IMG/VR virus record: IMGVR_UViG_2558860161_000004
From: a virus
Lineage: Duplodnaviria > Heunggongvirae > Uroviricota > Caudoviricetes
Length of the DNA stretch: 7,256 bases
Strand: one strand, 5' to 3'
In this document: piece by piece, positions 7,038 to 7,256 of the stretch
Position numbering within the stretch: position 1 is the first letter of the stretch
How the letters are laid out: every line of letters starts with the position of its first letter
Made by a program: the position numbers and the translations under genes
The notes under the pieces: generated by a model
What the model saw: only the letters and a program-made list of their open reading frames with translations
Databases searched by the model: none
What the model was told of the DNA's origin: nothing

Positions 7038-7256
7038 ATGTTTCATTGTCCTTTATGCCAGCATGCCGCACATGCGCGTACAAGTCGCTATATCACTGAC
7101 ACGACAAAAGAGCGTTATCACCAGTGTCAGAACGTGAATTGCAGCGCCACGTTCATCACTTATGAGTCGGTACAGCGATACATCGTGAAGCCGGGAGAAG
7201 TCCACGCCGTAAGGCCGCACCCGTTGCCGTCAGGGCAGCAAATTATGTGGATGTAA
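7038..7256 (+). CDS. ogr: Late gene transcriptional activator Ogr (zinc-finger protein, Ogr/Delta family)
   Basis: 72-aa product MFHCPLCQHAAHARTSRYITDTTKERYHQCQNVNC... with the Cys-x2-Cys-N22-Cys-x4-Cys zinc-binding motif, matching P2 Ogr in length and sequence from memory. GGAAGAGG Shine-Dalgarno at 7022-7029. The ORF track's 93-aa version starts at an upstream TTG (6975) with no Shine-Dalgarno; the ATG at 7038 is the credible start. Confidence 0.9.
   Translation: MFHCPLCQHAAHARTSRYITDTTKERYHQCQNVNCSATFITYESVQRYIVKPGEVHAVRPHPLPSGQQIMWM

Noticed and set aside
6975-7256. 93-aa extended version of ogr from the ORF track
   Set aside because: It begins at a TTG (6975-6977) that falls inside the candidate -35 element and has no Shine-Dalgarno. 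The ATG at 7038 has GGAAGAGG upstream and gives the expected 72-aa zinc-finger protein.
1-7256. A hidden novel defence or accessory system somewhere in the window
   Set aside because: After assigning the nine products, the only non-coding stretches are 595-653, 1845-1856, 2376-2431, 5300-5313 and 6957-7037, all too short for a gene. No unexplained ORF, repeat array or RNA gene remains. The only accessory-type element is the invertase, a known family.

Overview
This window reads as a canonical P2-like (Peduovirus-type) phage or prophage late tail operon, entirely on the + strand and almost fully coding. Gene order is: a Gin/Pin/Cin/Hin-family serine DNA invertase (1-594), tail sheath FI (654-1844), tail tube FII (1857-2375), tail assembly chaperone E with its -1 frameshift extension E' (2432-2707 and 2432-2859), tape measure T (2852-5299), tail proteins U (5314-5793) and D (5793-6956), and the zinc-finger late activator Ogr (7038-7256). 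Protein identifications rest on my recall of the P2 and Gin protein sequences applied to the supplied ORF translations; no database search was run. I see no rRNA, tRNA, CRISPR array, IS element or unexplained cargo ORF. I do not find an undescribed system here: every substantial ORF is accounted for by the known tail module. The most accessory-like element is the invertase, which sits where P2 itself carries the Z/fun locus and implies an invertible tail-fibre segment just upstream of the window. Other points worth a second look are the E/E' slippery site, a perfect GC-rich palindrome between FII and E, the lack of a recognisable late-promoter dyad upstream of FI, and a sigma70-like promoter in front of ogr.
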